From positions 1 to 64,000 of IMG/VR virus record IMGVR_UViG_3300043786_000977: a DNA stretch of 64,000 nt; one strand, written 5' to 3'. Positions 28,615 through 39,553 of this stretch are shown here, one piece after another (position 1 is the first letter of the stretch; every line of letters starts with the position of its first letter). Both the position numbers and the translations under genes were made by a program. The notes below the pieces were generated by a model. That model had not been told where the DNA came from. It worked only from the letters and a program-made list of their open reading frames with translations, and made no database searches.

Positions 28615-30222
28615 ATGGCAGACCAATTGACTTTAGCAGACGTGACCCAAGAACAGTTCGATGTCGCAGAACGGATTGTTATCGATCTATTGCGGTCAGC
28701 CTATCCTACGTTGGATCAACGGCGCGGTACAGTAATCCGTGATACCCTCGTGCGGCCCGATGCATCGCTGACGGCACTGAGCCAGGAACGTGTTGAACGC
28801 CTACGTCGGTTGATTTCGTTGTCAACGATGGCTGAGGACGGTACTGCATCTGTTGAGGATGTAAATAAAATACTGGTTAACTTCAATATGCAAAGACAGA
28901 CGGGGACAGCAAGTACCGGTGTAATCAGAGTGAAGGTAAACGCTGCACGTACTTATACCATTCCTGTCGGTTTCACGTTCGCTGCCCTGACTGGCCTGCG
29001 TTATCGTACCCAGGTATTGACTGTAGTCAAACTGGATGCTACGGAGTCGTTGGGTGAAATACCGTTATTCACTGGTACAGATAACAGTTACTACTTCTTA
29101 TTGCCCGTGACAGCGGACGGTGTTGGTTCAGTGTTCAATATCCCGCAGGGTACCGCCATGGAGCCACGGACTCAGCTTTATGGGTTTGTGTCGGCGGTTG
29201 CATATACCAATTTCTCGGACGGGCACGACGCCGAATCAATAGCGTCAGCGATCTCACGTATTCCGGCAGCGATTTCGCACCGCGGTCTAACCAACAGGAC
29301 TGCGATTGAAGCACAATTACTCGATCGCTTCAACGGTACTGCTATCGTGCTGGAGGCCGTAAGCGTCCTCGGGTATGGCGACGCGGGGCAGTTGCGGGAT
29401 AAGCATAATGTATTTGGTGTTGCTGTAGGTGGTCGTGTCGACGTCTATCCACGCACGTTCGGTCTACCTGTGGTCCGTGTGCTGGAGAAAACCGGAACGC
29501 GTAGTGCGCAAGGTATTTATACGTTCGACATCGACGTGGCGGAAGCACCCGGGTACTACGCTATACGTACGATAACTGATAAAGACAGTGTGGCATTGAG
29601 TTCGTATGCGTACACGGAGAGCAGAGGTGCAAGTGGGTTGGATCAGACCTGGCATGATATTGATGCCGCTGATCCCGTGATTGAGACTGCGTATACTGTT
29701 TTTCAGACGTCAACGATTACACTAACAGAAGTACCAGATAACGCAGCAACACACGTATTTAAGGTGGAACTATACTGTGCCCCGGGCTTGACGGAGCTTC
29801 AGGCCTACATGGACGATCCTGCCGTGCGTAATATCACCGCAGACCTATTGGTGCGTAGTCCGCTAATCTGCTTGGTTACGTGTACCGCGGCACTGTACTA
29901 CGACCTACACACGCCGCTGGATTTAGCTGACCTTCAGCGTAAGATTGCAGCATATATCAATAGTCGCAGCTTCGTTTCACGGCTCACGCGTTCAGAGATC
30001 GTGTCAGTACTACTGGCGAATGGAGTAAAGCGCGTGGACCTGGATAGCGCGGGACTGCGGCTTGAAGGTCGTATTCGTGACGCCTCTGGTGTGTGGCATA
30101 CATTGACTGGGGATAGTCTGGATCTCACCAGTATCCAGGATGCCGATGTATTGCTCGTACCTGAGACGTGTGTCTTCGCAGCTGAGATACAGAACATACA
30201 CTTGGTAGGGGTGGCTGAATAA
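28615..30222 (+). CDS. Baseplate J-like (gp6-like) wedge protein
   Basis: GTVIRDTLVRP, ASTGVIRV, TIPVGFTF, GSVFNIPQG, FSDGHDAES and GGRVDVY motifs. Confidence 0.8.
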   Translation: MADQLTLADVTQEQFDVAERIVIDLLRSAYPTLDQRRGTVIRDTLVRPDASLTALSQERVERLRRLISLSTMAEDGTASVEDVNKILVNFNMQRQTGTASTGVIRVKVNAARTYTIPVGFTFAALTGLRYRTQVLTVVKLDATESLGEIPLFTGTDNSYYFLLPVTADGVGSVFNIPQGTAMEPRTQLYGFVSAVAYTNFSDGHDAESIASAISRIPAAISHRGLTNRTAIEAQLLDRFNGTAIVLEAVSVLGYGDAGQLRDKHNVFGVAVGGRVDVYPRTFGLPVVRVLEKTGTRSAQGIYTFDIDVAEAPGYYAIRTITDKDSVALSSYAYTESRGASGLDQTWHDIDAADPVIETAYTVFQTSTITLTEVPDNAATHVFKVELYCAPGLTELQAYMDDPAVRNITADLLVRSPLICLVTCTAALYYDLHTPLDLADLQRKIAAYINSRSFVSRLTRSEIVSVLLANGVKRVDLDSAGLRLEGRIRDASGVWHTLTGDSLDLTSIQDADVLLVPETCVFAAEIQNIHLVGVAE

Positions 30223-31913
30223 TGCAACCAACTATTCCGGTCCGTAATTTCGTGTCGGATGGCGACACACTGTTTCAATGGATGGGTTCATTGTGGACTA
30301 CGCTCTACAGTGATCCAACATTCCTGCGTCGGCTCCAGCATGGGCGTGCGCTCGGTGCTGCACAGACGTATCTGGATTTAATGGAGGTCGCAGGCCTGTT
30401 GGACCGAAAAGCAGCACCTGTATTTCACCGTGAACGCTGGTATCCGTTAGTGATCCGAAAGTCACAGCAGGGGCAGGGCGATGCTGCGGCACTGACACTG
30501 AACATGGAACCCACACCTGTTTTAGGCCCACAAACTGATCCTGCGTTTCCGCCACGTACCGTATTCCAACTTGGCAGTAATGCAGCTTTTTCGCAGCTCG
30601 TGACATACCCATTAACCGTAACGCCGGCCCGTGTCGTGACGTGTTTAGTTGATAACCTGGTCGCACCGAACGTGCTGTTGATTAAGGACAGAGATTTCGT
30701 GATTCAAAACGGTACGGTCGTACTCTATAAGAAGAACGATCCTTTCGGTGAGGATTCTTCATTCCCGCTAACGGTCGTAACAACAGATACAACCACGGAT
30801 CAAGAGACCGTTTTATGGGCCTGTGACGTATTATTCGATCGTGATTACGTATACGATCACATCGGTTATGTGTTCGGTGTACGGATGAGTTCATCTGATT
30901 ATTTCAAGACACTACTCAACAGCATTTGGGATCTCACAACGTCTGGTGCGTCGCCCCGGTTATTCGCGGCAGCCATGGGCGCGCTCTGTAATGTACCTAC
31001 GGTCTTGACGGCTACGGAGACAGTCGAGACGCTTACGACGGATACCAACGGTGATCAGCTGGTTATCACAGATAAACAGGTTTACCGTATACCGGCCGAC
31101 GCGATACTGCGTACAGGGGTCGTGCCCGGCGCCGTCCTCGAGTACGGGGATTATCTCGATCAGGCTATAAAGATCTATCCAGCTATTTGTGATCCACGTC
31201 CGACGAAGTTGGCAGGTATCATCGAGTACGCGACTGATATACGGCACGATGTTCCGGTTGTCACATTACCCCCGGCCTTCTTTAAGACACCCCTGGCATA
31301 TGGCCTCAGCTTCTCCTGGGAGGCGGTACCGATCTATTGTTCAGGCTCGGATGCCAACGGTAATCCAAAGTTGTGGTTCCCGATCGAAGGTCTTGCAGCG
31401 GATGTCACTGCGTTCTGGGCAGACGTATGGACACGTTGTGAAACACAGGGCGTTTCACTTGAAGCTTGTTTTGATGGGTACTTAGATGATAGAGTACCTT
31501 ATCAGGAAATGGAAGGTACCTGGGGGCATATAGAGCCACTGGCTTTTATGTTGAAGAATCTGATTGGCGCGAATACAGTTATTGTGACACTGGATGTGAC
31601 GCAGTTGCGCACAGGAGCAAGGAAGCAACTAGTCCCGTTATTTGTGGATCTATTACAGGGTACATTACCGGCGTATGTACACCTGTGCTTTGTCGAACGA
31701 CGAACAACACCGGTGGAGCCGTATGAGGCGGGCGATAACGTGCGTGATGGTGTGACCTACACAGGTGCAACCTCAAGTGCGATCAGTGCCAAATACGTGA
31801 GCTTAAGTAGGGCGAGTTTAGGGCAGGTAGGCGGTCCGCATCCCGCACGTTTGACATACAAGGATCGGCCGCCAAGGATACGATGGATTCCAATTTGTAA
31901 GGATCAACTATGA
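30222..31913 (+). CDS. Baseplate wedge protein (gpI/gp7-like, inferred)
   Basis: Follows the J-like gene; LPAYVH C-terminal motif typical of gpI-type proteins. Confidence 0.45.
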   Translation: MQPTIPVRNFVSDGDTLFQWMGSLWTTLYSDPTFLRRLQHGRALGAAQTYLDLMEVAGLLDRKAAPVFHRERWYPLVIRKSQQGQGDAAALTLNMEPTPVLGPQTDPAFPPRTVFQLGSNAAFSQLVTYPLTVTPARVVTCLVDNLVAPNVLLIKDRDFVIQNGTVVLYKKNDPFGEDSSFPLTVVTTDTTTDQETVLWACDVLFDRDYVYDHIGYVFGVRMSSSDYFKTLLNSIWDLTTSGASPRLFAAAMGALCNVPTVLTATETVETLTTDTNGDQLVITDKQVYRIPADAILRTGVVPGAVLEYGDYLDQAIKIYPAICDPRPTKLAGIIEYATDIRHDVPVVTLPPAFFKTPLAYGLSFSWEAVPIYCSGSDANGNPKLWFPIEGLAADVTAFWADVWTRCETQGVSLEACFDGYLDDRVPYQEMEGTWGHIEPLAFMLKNLIGANTVIVTLDVTQLRTGARKQLVPLFVDLLQGTLPAYVHLCFVERRTTPVEPYEAGDNVRDGVTYTGATSSAISAKYVSLSRASLGQVGGPHPARLTYKDRPPRIRWIPICKDQL

Positions 31914-32518
31914 AAAAGATCAAGGACGCACAGAAAGGTATGCGCGGGTTCGTTCGCGGATACTGGTTCAATCCGGTAACGAACGAAATTAGGCATCGTT
32001 TCGAGCATCGAAACCAGTTGTCCTATGCGTGTTCTGACGCGCTGGCACAACTGATGGGTGGGAACGGGGCTTATGCACCTAGGTACATGGGGTTTATCTA
32101 CGGTGAACTAGAGACACCAACAATCGTGGCGCCAACGTCACGCAGTCAGACATGGACTGGTTTGAGTGAGGAATTGGCGGATCCCGGCGTAGTCGGGAAC
32201 ATCCAGATATCACCGATCACGTTGACACCTACCATAACGGTCGACGGGACCGCAGGGTATAGCGGGAACAGTGTGACATATAGCGCGCACACGCGCAGCG
32301 GCGGTTCTGGGAGTTATGGGTTCCCGTTAGTAAGTCCCTATGCCGACGCACTTGCAACGGGTGACTACCTCTACCACGCGATGCTAATCACACGGCTGAC
32401 TACTAGCGGGCTCGTGTATATCCCCATCGCTCGAGTCACACTGGCTGAGGATGATGCCTTCTTGGCAAAGCCAGACGGTTTCGAACTGGCCCTGGATTGG
32501 CAAATATCGTTCTTCTAA
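31910..32518 (+). CDS. Hypothetical baseplate/fibre-attachment protein
   Basis: 202 aa; HRNQL...YMGF...LDWQISF pattern seen in fibre-attachment genes; synteny. Confidence 0.4.
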   Translation: MKKIKDAQKGMRGFVRGYWFNPVTNEIRHRFEHRNQLSYACSDALAQLMGGNGAYAPRYMGFIYGELETPTIVAPTSRSQTWTGLSEELADPGVVGNIQISPITLTPTITVDGTAGYSGNSVTYSAHTRSGGSGSYGFPLVSPYADALATGDYLYHAMLITRLTTSGLVYIPIARVTLAEDDAFLAKPDGFELALDWQISFF

Positions 32519-32530
32519 GTGGAGGTCAAC

Positions 32531-35500
32531 ATGTCACTATGGGTTGCAGTTCATGGGTTACGAGACGGCGTCGATGTTTCGGCAGATACGTTCAATACGC
32601 CGATCTTCGAACTTGCCGAGCGTACGAACTATCTCTATAACCGCTTACAGGACCTGGCTGGACTATCGACTTTCGAGTCAGTACGTCTGTACAACGTCCC
32701 GCTAACCACAACGGGAGCACTAGCTCCCGAGATCAAGGACGTGGTATGTCTCGACAACGAGACCGGGTTGTACGTTAAAGCACAGGCGTCGATGAGTTTG
32801 CTGGACGAGTTCGTCGCCGCCGATTCAGCCTTTGCAATTGGTATCTTGATCAGTAAGACGGGAACAACAGGTACAGTGTTGATTCAAGGGCGCTTGCCGT
32901 TAACCACCAGTGGTGTTGCCTGGACATTGACAGATCTACTGGAGACCGACGAGGTCTTCCGGAATGGGCAGTATTATCTGTCGTCAATCGAACCTGGTAA
33001 ACTGACCTCTACACCGTCCGGACCTCTGATCTATCTCGGTTCCTTCATGCGTAGCGCGACGGACGCCACTAAGGGCGATTATGCCGTACTGAATCCACAG
33101 CATCGCGATACCGGTGAAAGCCACGTGCACCGTAGTTTCAAGTTGTACTCTCAGCCGGCTGGACGTCAATATGTCACGGGTACCACACCTGAGGATAAAC
33201 ATTATGTTATCGGGTTCCGTACCGCGGCCGTAGAAGCTGGGGCCGTGGATCCAGAAGACCGTATACCGCGCCTCGTTTGTGGTGGACGCTGGACGGGTAC
33301 TGCACCCGTCAATTATACGTTCTGGCTGTCCAACGACGGCCTATTGAGTACACCTTCGGAACTCTCGACCGCACCGACCGGTTTCAATGACGCGTATTTG
33401 CACTGGCAGTCGAGCGATCTGACAGAGGGTACCGGCGGACGCGGTGCGACGCGCATATGGTCATTTGAGTCCCCTGTCTCGATTGGTTCTTACGGTACCA
33501 CTGTAAGCCTGGAAAATCCGACGGGCGTCGTACCGCTTGAGGGCGATCAGTGGGATATACTATACGCCGTCGTCACGGACACTCCAGACAAACGTACATG
33601 GACCGTAGAGGTACCGACAGAAACTGTTGGTTGGCGCCCACGTCTGTGGCGTCAATACTTTGCTGATCATCCGGCTGTAGACGGCAAGTTCTCTATGATC
33701 CTTATGGGCGGACCCCACGTGCAGGCCGATAAACGCCTGGCAGATACGATCACAGTCGTGTGTGCAGAAATACACGCGTTTGACATGCTTTATCCTGCTG
33801 TGTGGGATACTACTGTCATTGGTGCGTACACGTTCGAGTACGTTGACGCAGGCGACACTGTAACAGACGGCAATATCGCAGTGCTACGCGCCGGCGACAT
33901 ATACGATCCGACGGGTACGTACGACAACCTGTTAACGGCTATTCGTGCCCTGGATGACAGCACGATAACGCCAGTTATCGACGTGACCGAAGCTACGTTC
34001 CTTGTAGGCACGCCGACATCGACCACCGTGACCCATCGTGGCGTTGTTGCATCAGCATTAACGGCGGGTGAAGGTACGGTGACTGTAGGCGCCGGTGACG
34101 CAGCCTTCCTGGTCTACGACCAGTACAATCACAACCTTGTTGCGAATTACGGTACCCTCTACTGGAACAATGCAGAGTTGTGGCAGTTCGCGGCATTGAC
34201 CAACGGACTGCAGATATTACTCGTGCCTTATGACAGTGACGGTACGGCAAGTACCAGTGCCACTGTTGAGGTCGGTGACTACTGGGCGTGCGACTTGGCT
34301 GATACGGCGCCCGGCGCCAACTTCGTCTATACAGTCGAGATGCATCAATCGTTGGTTGCCTACTACCCACCAATTCCGGCGAAGGTGGCGGCACTGGTAC
34401 TCAACGGTGTCGAGCTGGACAGTGCTGAATTCTTCGGGGACGCTGCAGTCTATAACCTGGCACCTGATTCGATTCACTGGTATTCTGATGCGTATAACAC
34501 GGTACCGTGGGCTACCGATTGGACCAGTATATCTGAACCGGGATCTGAACAACTGCAGCCACGCATGCTCCTGCATTTCGTGCGCGGTACCATCGGCAAT
34601 AGTGGTTACGTGACATCGTTACGCGCCGCACCTGATGCACCGATTCGTGTGCTACAGTGTGGTACTAACGAACCAGGCACAGTCGGCGATCTGATGTTGG
34701 ACCTTGACCTGGAACTGAGTACTCAGGACGCTAATGTCGTTGGTTACCAGGTGGTGAAGGCTACTGACGGCAGTAAACTGCGTCGTGGTCCCGTGGTCGA
34801 GCGTATCCGTGTCGGTGCTGGTTTGACGATGACCCAGTCGGGTAATGCGCCCGCCGGGCAGGGTATTGTGACACTCGGACTGTCGGCAGACGGCAGCGGT
34901 TTCGCCGGTGACTTTGAGGAAGTCGCGCTGGAGAATGCCAAGCAGGAATTGATTGGCATGTTCCCATATATACGGTTGCTCGGTTGGGAAACAGGCGGTA
35001 ACAATACACCTACTGGTTTCACTGCGAAGTTCCGTGTCCCGCATACACTTGATGAAACGGCCACGTACCGTGTTATCATATTTGCAACAATGTTCGGGGA
35101 AGAGGATGTGACGCTCGTAGCAGACATGCAGCTACCGCGTGCAGGATTACAGTTCACGTATTCAGTATTACCTGATGTGTTCGCACTTGCAGGGTCTGAT
35201 GTGAGTGATCCCCGTGGTACAGCATACGGCAACCTACAGGAAAATCTGATCGAACCTGATAACCCGCGAATGGCGGCAGTGGCTATGGGCGACCTAACCA
35301 TGGACCCCGTTTACAAATCATACGATCCTATGCTTCTGCATAACAACCCGTTACTGGCTTCTGTTCCGCGCCGCATGCTCAACGTCTTCGGAAACCCATT
35401 CCCGTCACCCGACGATCTGGAGTTGGATCCGGTTACAACAAGTATGCTCGGCGTGCGCGCAGGTAGTTTAGTTGCTATTCGTATCAGTCGTGCTGATCTC

Positions 35501-35578
35501 CTGGATCCGACTGACGAGTATACGGGCGCGCTCGGGTTCATCAGTTTGAGGTGGTCGTTAATCCGGGTCGAGGAATGA
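32531..35578 (+). CDS. Large tail fibre/baseplate protein
   Basis: N-terminal NTPIFELAERTNYL fibre motif and YYLSSIEPGKLT domain; ATG 32531 after GGAGG. Confidence 0.55.
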   Translation: MSLWVAVHGLRDGVDVSADTFNTPIFELAERTNYLYNRLQDLAGLSTFESVRLYNVPLTTTGALAPEIKDVVCLDNETGLYVKAQASMSLLDEFVAADSAFAIGILISKTGTTGTVLIQGRLPLTTSGVAWTLTDLLETDEVFRNGQYYLSSIEPGKLTSTPSGPLIYLGSFMRSATDATKGDYAVLNPQHRDTGESHVHRSFKLYSQPAGRQYVTGTTPEDKHYVIGFRTAAVEAGAVDPEDRIPRLVCGGRWTGTAPVNYTFWLSNDGLLSTPSELSTAPTGFNDAYLHWQSSDLTEGTGGRGATRIWSFESPVSIGSYGTTVSLENPTGVVPLEGDQWDILYAVVTDTPDKRTWTVEVPTETVGWRPRLWRQYFADHPAVDGKFSMILMGGPHVQADKRLADTITVVCAEIHAFDMLYPAVWDTTVIGAYTFEYVDAGDTVTDGNIAVLRAGDIYDPTGTYDNLLTAIRALDDSTITPVIDVTEATFLVGTPTSTTVTHRGVVASALTAGEGTVTVGAGDAAFLVYDQYNHNLVANYGTLYWNNAELWQFAALTNGLQILLVPYDSDGTASTSATVEVGDYWACDLADTAPGANFVYTVEMHQSLVAYYPPIPAKVAALVLNGVELDSAEFFGDAAVYNLAPDSIHWYSDAYNTVPWATDWTSISEPGSEQLQPRMLLHFVRGTIGNSGYVTSLRAAPDAPIRVLQCGTNEPGTVGDLMLDLDLELSTQDANVVGYQVVKATDGSKLRRGPVVERIRVGAGLTMTQSGNAPAGQGIVTLGLSADGSGFAGDFEEVALENAKQELIGMFPYIRLLGWETGGNNTPTGFTAKFRVPHTLDETATYRVIIFATMFGEEDVTLVADMQLPRAGLQFTYSVLPDVFALAGSDVSDPRGTAYGNLQENLIEPDNPRMAAVAMGDLTMDPVYKSYDPMLLHNNPLLASVPRRMLNVFGNPFPSPDDLELDPVTTSMLGVRAGSLVAIRISRADLLDPTDEYTGALGFISLRWSLIRVEE

Positions 35579-35593
35579 TACCAAAGGGGTTAA

Positions 35594-36508
35594 ATGCCAG
35601 CTATTTTACAACAAGAATGGTTGAATCAGAACGCAGGTCGTGCATATCCTTTTCAGGAGAACGCGACCCGCTACCCGCATGATGTTAACGGGCGCCAGTT
35701 GACATCGCTGGCATTGCCTAACTATGTCATCGTCGATATGATCTTTACGATGCCAGGACCGAGTGACCTACGGATGTACCTGGCACAGTTTGCACGGGCC
35801 GGTAATCTTTTGACCTGTGTCTTCCGTGAGACGGGTACAAACGCCATCGTAACCACGGTAACGTTTGATGCTAATACGCATGTACCAGGTACGGGGTATA
35901 GTCTGGCAGGTACCGCGGATTGGTTTGATGCCCGTGGCTGGTTGACGATCGGTGATCTACGGAAGTTAGCTGCTGACATACCCGAGGGGCTGTATAACTA
36001 CGAACCTGAGCAGACCCTGTTGGAAACGCGGGTTGTACGGCCGGCATTACGGGGTATCCGTAGTCTACGCGTAGTTAATCAGGATAACACGTCTGACTAT
36101 TTGTACGGCCACGTTAAGCTACTGGCAGGGGATAACGTGCGGCTCCAGTACGATCGAGAGCTAAACGGCGTATGGATTAATGCAGAGCCCAATGCGGGGT
36201 ACCGGGAAACATGTGACTGTGAATCACCAGCACAAACGAACCTGGTAAATACGGTCAACGGTATACCCGCCGAACACTTAACCATTGTCGGCGACGGAGA
36301 ATGTGTTGAAGTACGTACTGAAGGTGATAAGATCATCATTTCGGACAAATGCTCGGAACCGTGTTGCGGGTGTCCTGAACTGGAGTTCCTCACTGAGTCC
36401 GTGAAGGTGTTAGATGCAAGCCTGTCGCGGTTGGAATACTATTCGGAACAATTGGCCGAACGCATCTCAACGTTTGTAACTAACTTCGTGTTAACGGTGT
36501 CACGCTAA
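35594..36508 (+). CDS. Tail-associated paralogue 1 (EWLNQNAGRAYPF family)
   Basis: Shared N-terminal motif; CSEPCCGCPEL followed by a coiled coil. Confidence 0.6.
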   Translation: MPAILQQEWLNQNAGRAYPFQENATRYPHDVNGRQLTSLALPNYVIVDMIFTMPGPSDLRMYLAQFARAGNLLTCVFRETGTNAIVTTVTFDANTHVPGTGYSLAGTADWFDARGWLTIGDLRKLAADIPEGLYNYEPEQTLLETRVVRPALRGIRSLRVVNQDNTSDYLYGHVKLLAGDNVRLQYDRELNGVWINAEPNAGYRETCDCESPAQTNLVNTVNGIPAEHLTIVGDGECVEVRTEGDKIIISDKCSEPCCGCPELEFLTESVKVLDASLSRLEYYSEQLAERISTFVTNFVLTVSR

Positions 36509-37821
36509 TGGCAATCCAGGTTGAATATCTTAATTCAAACACAGCGATCGCCTTCCCATTCTGTGAGAACGCGACCGGTTTGAAGCGGTCTGTCGATGAT
36601 CTGTTCGCGATGCCTTTGGATGTTTTCGTTGACGCAGCCTTTGAAGTACCACATGACTTTGCAGCGACCAAGCGCCTCTATCTGATGGGCTGCTATTACG
36701 TGGACGCTGATACGCTCCTGGCATCGATTGGAGATGGCACATCGGCTGTCGTCGATGTGACGATTGTCGCTGCCGGCGTTTTTACTGCTGCGACAGCCGT
36801 GGATAATGGTGTAACGGCACGGTTGGTTGTCGACTCTGTTGCCTTGCGTACGTACTTGGCAGCCATGGAATCACCAATCGCTTACGGGACATCCCTGCCC
36901 TTCGAGCCTGGTACGCAGGCTGTTATTAATCCGCAGGTACTGTCGTTCGCGCTGTATAACAACGGCCCGCTACAACCACCAGAAGAAGGTACGTTGTCTG
37001 GTGATGTGCGCATCTTGAGTGGGTATAATGTCGGGGTCAATATCGACGTTATTGAAGACGATACAGTACCGATCGATATCAATGCACTCCCGGGTCTAGG
37101 TCTAGGTACCTTACCCTGCACAGAAGCTGATCCTCCGTTTACAAACGTACCGCCGGGCATGGTACCCAATAAAGGCAATATTCGGTTTGTGCCTGGAGAA
37201 GAGGGTTGTTACGTCGTGGTCGTTAACCCGACGAGCAATCTGATTCAGATTCAAGGACGGTGTCAGGCGTGCTGTACGTGTGAAGACATGACTGATATGC
37301 TCGGCGTTCTTAATGTGATCGGAACACGTATCCTGGCCGTGCAAACGTTACTGAACAGTGGGCGCGCTACTTATGAAGATGGGGTCACACGGTTCAACAA
37401 GTTTATCTCTACAGACTATACCACAGTGACAATGAAGGCAAATGGGATGCGTGGTTCAGATTGGGATACCGGGGATACCAATCGCGGTTCGCCTAATTGG
37501 GCGCGTGTTGTAATGAGTGTCAACAACCGCCGACCGAACCCTGCCGAGATTACATCGTGGAAGATGACGTTCTATAACCCAGCTGATGTTACTTATGAAG
37601 ACGTCTCGTGGTCGTACGCGGGTACAGGCGGCAAGACAGCGATGGGCGGTGCACTCCCCATACTCGCCGTTGATCGGAGTCTGGCAGTCACGTTACTGGT
37701 AAGTGTGACATTTCAACAGTGGCGGCAGAATCCACGGTGGTCTGCCCTGATTGAGGTCGAGGCGACCGACACGGTGACAGGTGTCAAAGACGTCATGACA
37801 CAGACGTTGGAGTTTTCATGA
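36508..37821 (+). CDS. Tail-associated paralogue 2 (EYLNSNTAIAFPF)
   Basis: Shared motif; CQACCTCED followed by a coiled coil and a beta domain. Confidence 0.6.
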   Translation: MAIQVEYLNSNTAIAFPFCENATGLKRSVDDLFAMPLDVFVDAAFEVPHDFAATKRLYLMGCYYVDADTLLASIGDGTSAVVDVTIVAAGVFTAATAVDNGVTARLVVDSVALRTYLAAMESPIAYGTSLPFEPGTQAVINPQVLSFALYNNGPLQPPEEGTLSGDVRILSGYNVGVNIDVIEDDTVPIDINALPGLGLGTLPCTEADPPFTNVPPGMVPNKGNIRFVPGEEGCYVVVVNPTSNLIQIQGRCQACCTCEDMTDMLGVLNVIGTRILAVQTLLNSGRATYEDGVTRFNKFISTDYTTVTMKANGMRGSDWDTGDTNRGSPNWARVVMSVNNRRPNPAEITSWKMTFYNPADVTYEDVSWSYAGTGGKTAMGGALPILAVDRSLAVTLLVSVTFQQWRQNPRWSALIEVEATDTVTGVKDVMTQTLEFS

Positions 37822-38513
37822 GCGCAAGTTATATCGAGTGGTGTAACGAGAATGAGGGACGTGGTTATCCAATCGCGGAAGCGGCCTCCCGTGTGGACGA
37901 TAACGGTACCCAGTTGCCGAGTGATATCTTGGCTGACCTGGGGTTGCTGTTACCATCAAACTACACGGGGTTGCGGCTTAGTTCATTGTATATCTCGTCC
38001 ACGCTCATATCGTTATCGATCAGTGCTGACGTCGGTGGTTTACTGACAGCAACATTCGCTAAGGCGTCCGTAGTACCCTATACTGCGTATGCGTTGACGC
38101 CGTACCCTGGCGTGGACGATGTTAGTGGTTGGGTGGTGTTCGGTAATTACAAACACCACGGTTCGGTGCCATTGTATGTGCGTTTCACTACCGCGGTACA
38201 GAGTGGTTTAGAGTTACGTACGGTCCGTGTTATACCGCCGCCCGGCGTGAAGCGTTTCCAGCGTGTTAATAATGATCCTAGCATCTACGCTACCGGGATT
38301 GTAGACTTCTTGCCCGGATCACAGTTTGTTGTCGAGGTAGATCCCGACAATCCGCAGAACATCATTGTACGCTTGCACGGGGACGTAAAGTCGCGGTATA
38401 TTGAACCTTGTACACGGCCGGCGGCAGCCGGGACATGTGCGGTACCGCCCTTGAGACGTATAAACGGGGTACCCCCAGATGCAGACGGGGTCATTACATT
38501 GAGGTTCGAATAA
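37818..38513 (+). CDS. Tail-associated paralogue 3 (EWCNENEGRGYPI)
   Basis: Shared motif; C-terminal INGVPPDADGVITL. Confidence 0.6.
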   Translation: MSASYIEWCNENEGRGYPIAEAASRVDDNGTQLPSDILADLGLLLPSNYTGLRLSSLYISSTLISLSISADVGGLLTATFAKASVVPYTAYALTPYPGVDDVSGWVVFGNYKHHGSVPLYVRFTTAVQSGLELRTVRVIPPPGVKRFQRVNNDPSIYATGIVDFLPGSQFVVEVDPDNPQNIIVRLHGDVKSRYIEPCTRPAAAGTCAVPPLRRINGVPPDADGVITLRFE

Positions 38514-39553
38514 TGCCAGTGGTACTATTAACCGAGTATGAGAACCAGAATCAGCGTCGCCATTACCCATTCGTCGATAACGCAACGATGAAGGATGATG
38601 ACGGGATGGCGCTACCCGCTGACTTCTTGGTTGATGCACACCTCTATCCACTGGATCCTATCGGGGGCGTCTACATTGCCAAGATTGAAGGCGGGACGAC
38701 GATTCAGTTTGCAGATACAGCGACGCGTAAGGTCTTTGGTGAGGCTGTCTACACCCCAGGCGCGCCTACTGCAGAGGTTGTGGAGACAGGGCTGTACGGA
38801 CGACAGGTAGGCTTGCTCGTCTTCGGTCCGGGGGTTGCTGATATCATTCGGGGACGTGGACAACGTACCTTTCGACCCGAAGCAACAACACTGACACCGA
38901 CGGCATATACTCCGATCAAACAGGTCGGCGTTCGTGGCGTACGGTTAGCTGACGGTACTCTGATAACAGGTGATATCAGTTTCGAGGGTCGGGACGGTGT
39001 GTTGATAACCAGTCGTATCGACGACGGCAAACATATGCTGCGTTTCGATGTGTTAGGGGTACCGCCGAATATGGAAGATTGCGGTGAAGATCCATTGATC
39101 TGTACCGTTGTCGTTGAACGGGTCCCCGGTAGTTGTTTCGTAACGAGCAAGTATGACGACTACACACTGGCCCTGACAGCAAATGGGTTGACCCTGGATG
39201 ATATCTGTGCAGCAGGCAAGGCACGCCGGCGCCCTAGTGACACGGATCCGTGCGCCGAGCCTGGACCCCCGCCGGTACCTACGCCACCAGGCGACGCAGC
39301 AACACAGCGGTTTGAGATTTGTGATATGCGGGTGGGTACGTTCATGATCGTAACGCCGTCAACGATCGGGAACCGTAATCCGATCTTTGTGAGTCCGTTG
39401 GAGGTTGCGACGATGCCTAATCGCCTGACACTACCCCCGATTACGACCGTAGACGACGCGACGGCCGCGGCTGAACGGTTCCGTTCACCAGAAGTAATGT
39501 CAGGCGGTCTGATTATTGGATTCCAAGGTATTGGAAAGGGCCAATTACCATGA
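38513..39553 (+). CDS. Tail-associated paralogue 4 (EYENQNQRRHYPF)
   Basis: Start at the TAATG overlap (38513) places the motif at the N-terminus, as in its neighbours. Confidence 0.6.
   Translation: MPVVLLTEYENQNQRRHYPFVDNATMKDDDGMALPADFLVDAHLYPLDPIGGVYIAKIEGGTTIQFADTATRKVFGEAVYTPGAPTAEVVETGLYGRQVGLLVFGPGVADIIRGRGQRTFRPEATTLTPTAYTPIKQVGVRGVRLADGTLITGDISFEGRDGVLITSRIDDGKHMLRFDVLGVPPNMEDCGEDPLICTVVVERVPGSCFVTSKYDDYTLALTANGLTLDDICAAGKARRRPSDTDPCAEPGPPPVPTPPGDAATQRFEICDMRVGTFMIVTPSTIGNRNPIFVSPLEVATMPNRLTLPPITTVDDATAAAERFRSPEVMSGGLIIGFQGIGKGQLP

Noticed and set aside
12910-35578. Extracellular contractile injection system, tailocin or T6SS
   Set aside because: The tail genes are contiguous with protease, scaffold, capsid and neck genes, which indicates a phage.
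38408-38512. ORF-track upstream extensions (also 1602, 24666, 27005, 28091, 54734, 58738)
   Set aside because: They overlap neighbouring genes or lack an RBS. Downstream ATGs have an RBS or stop-start coupling and place motifs or signal peptides at the N-terminus.
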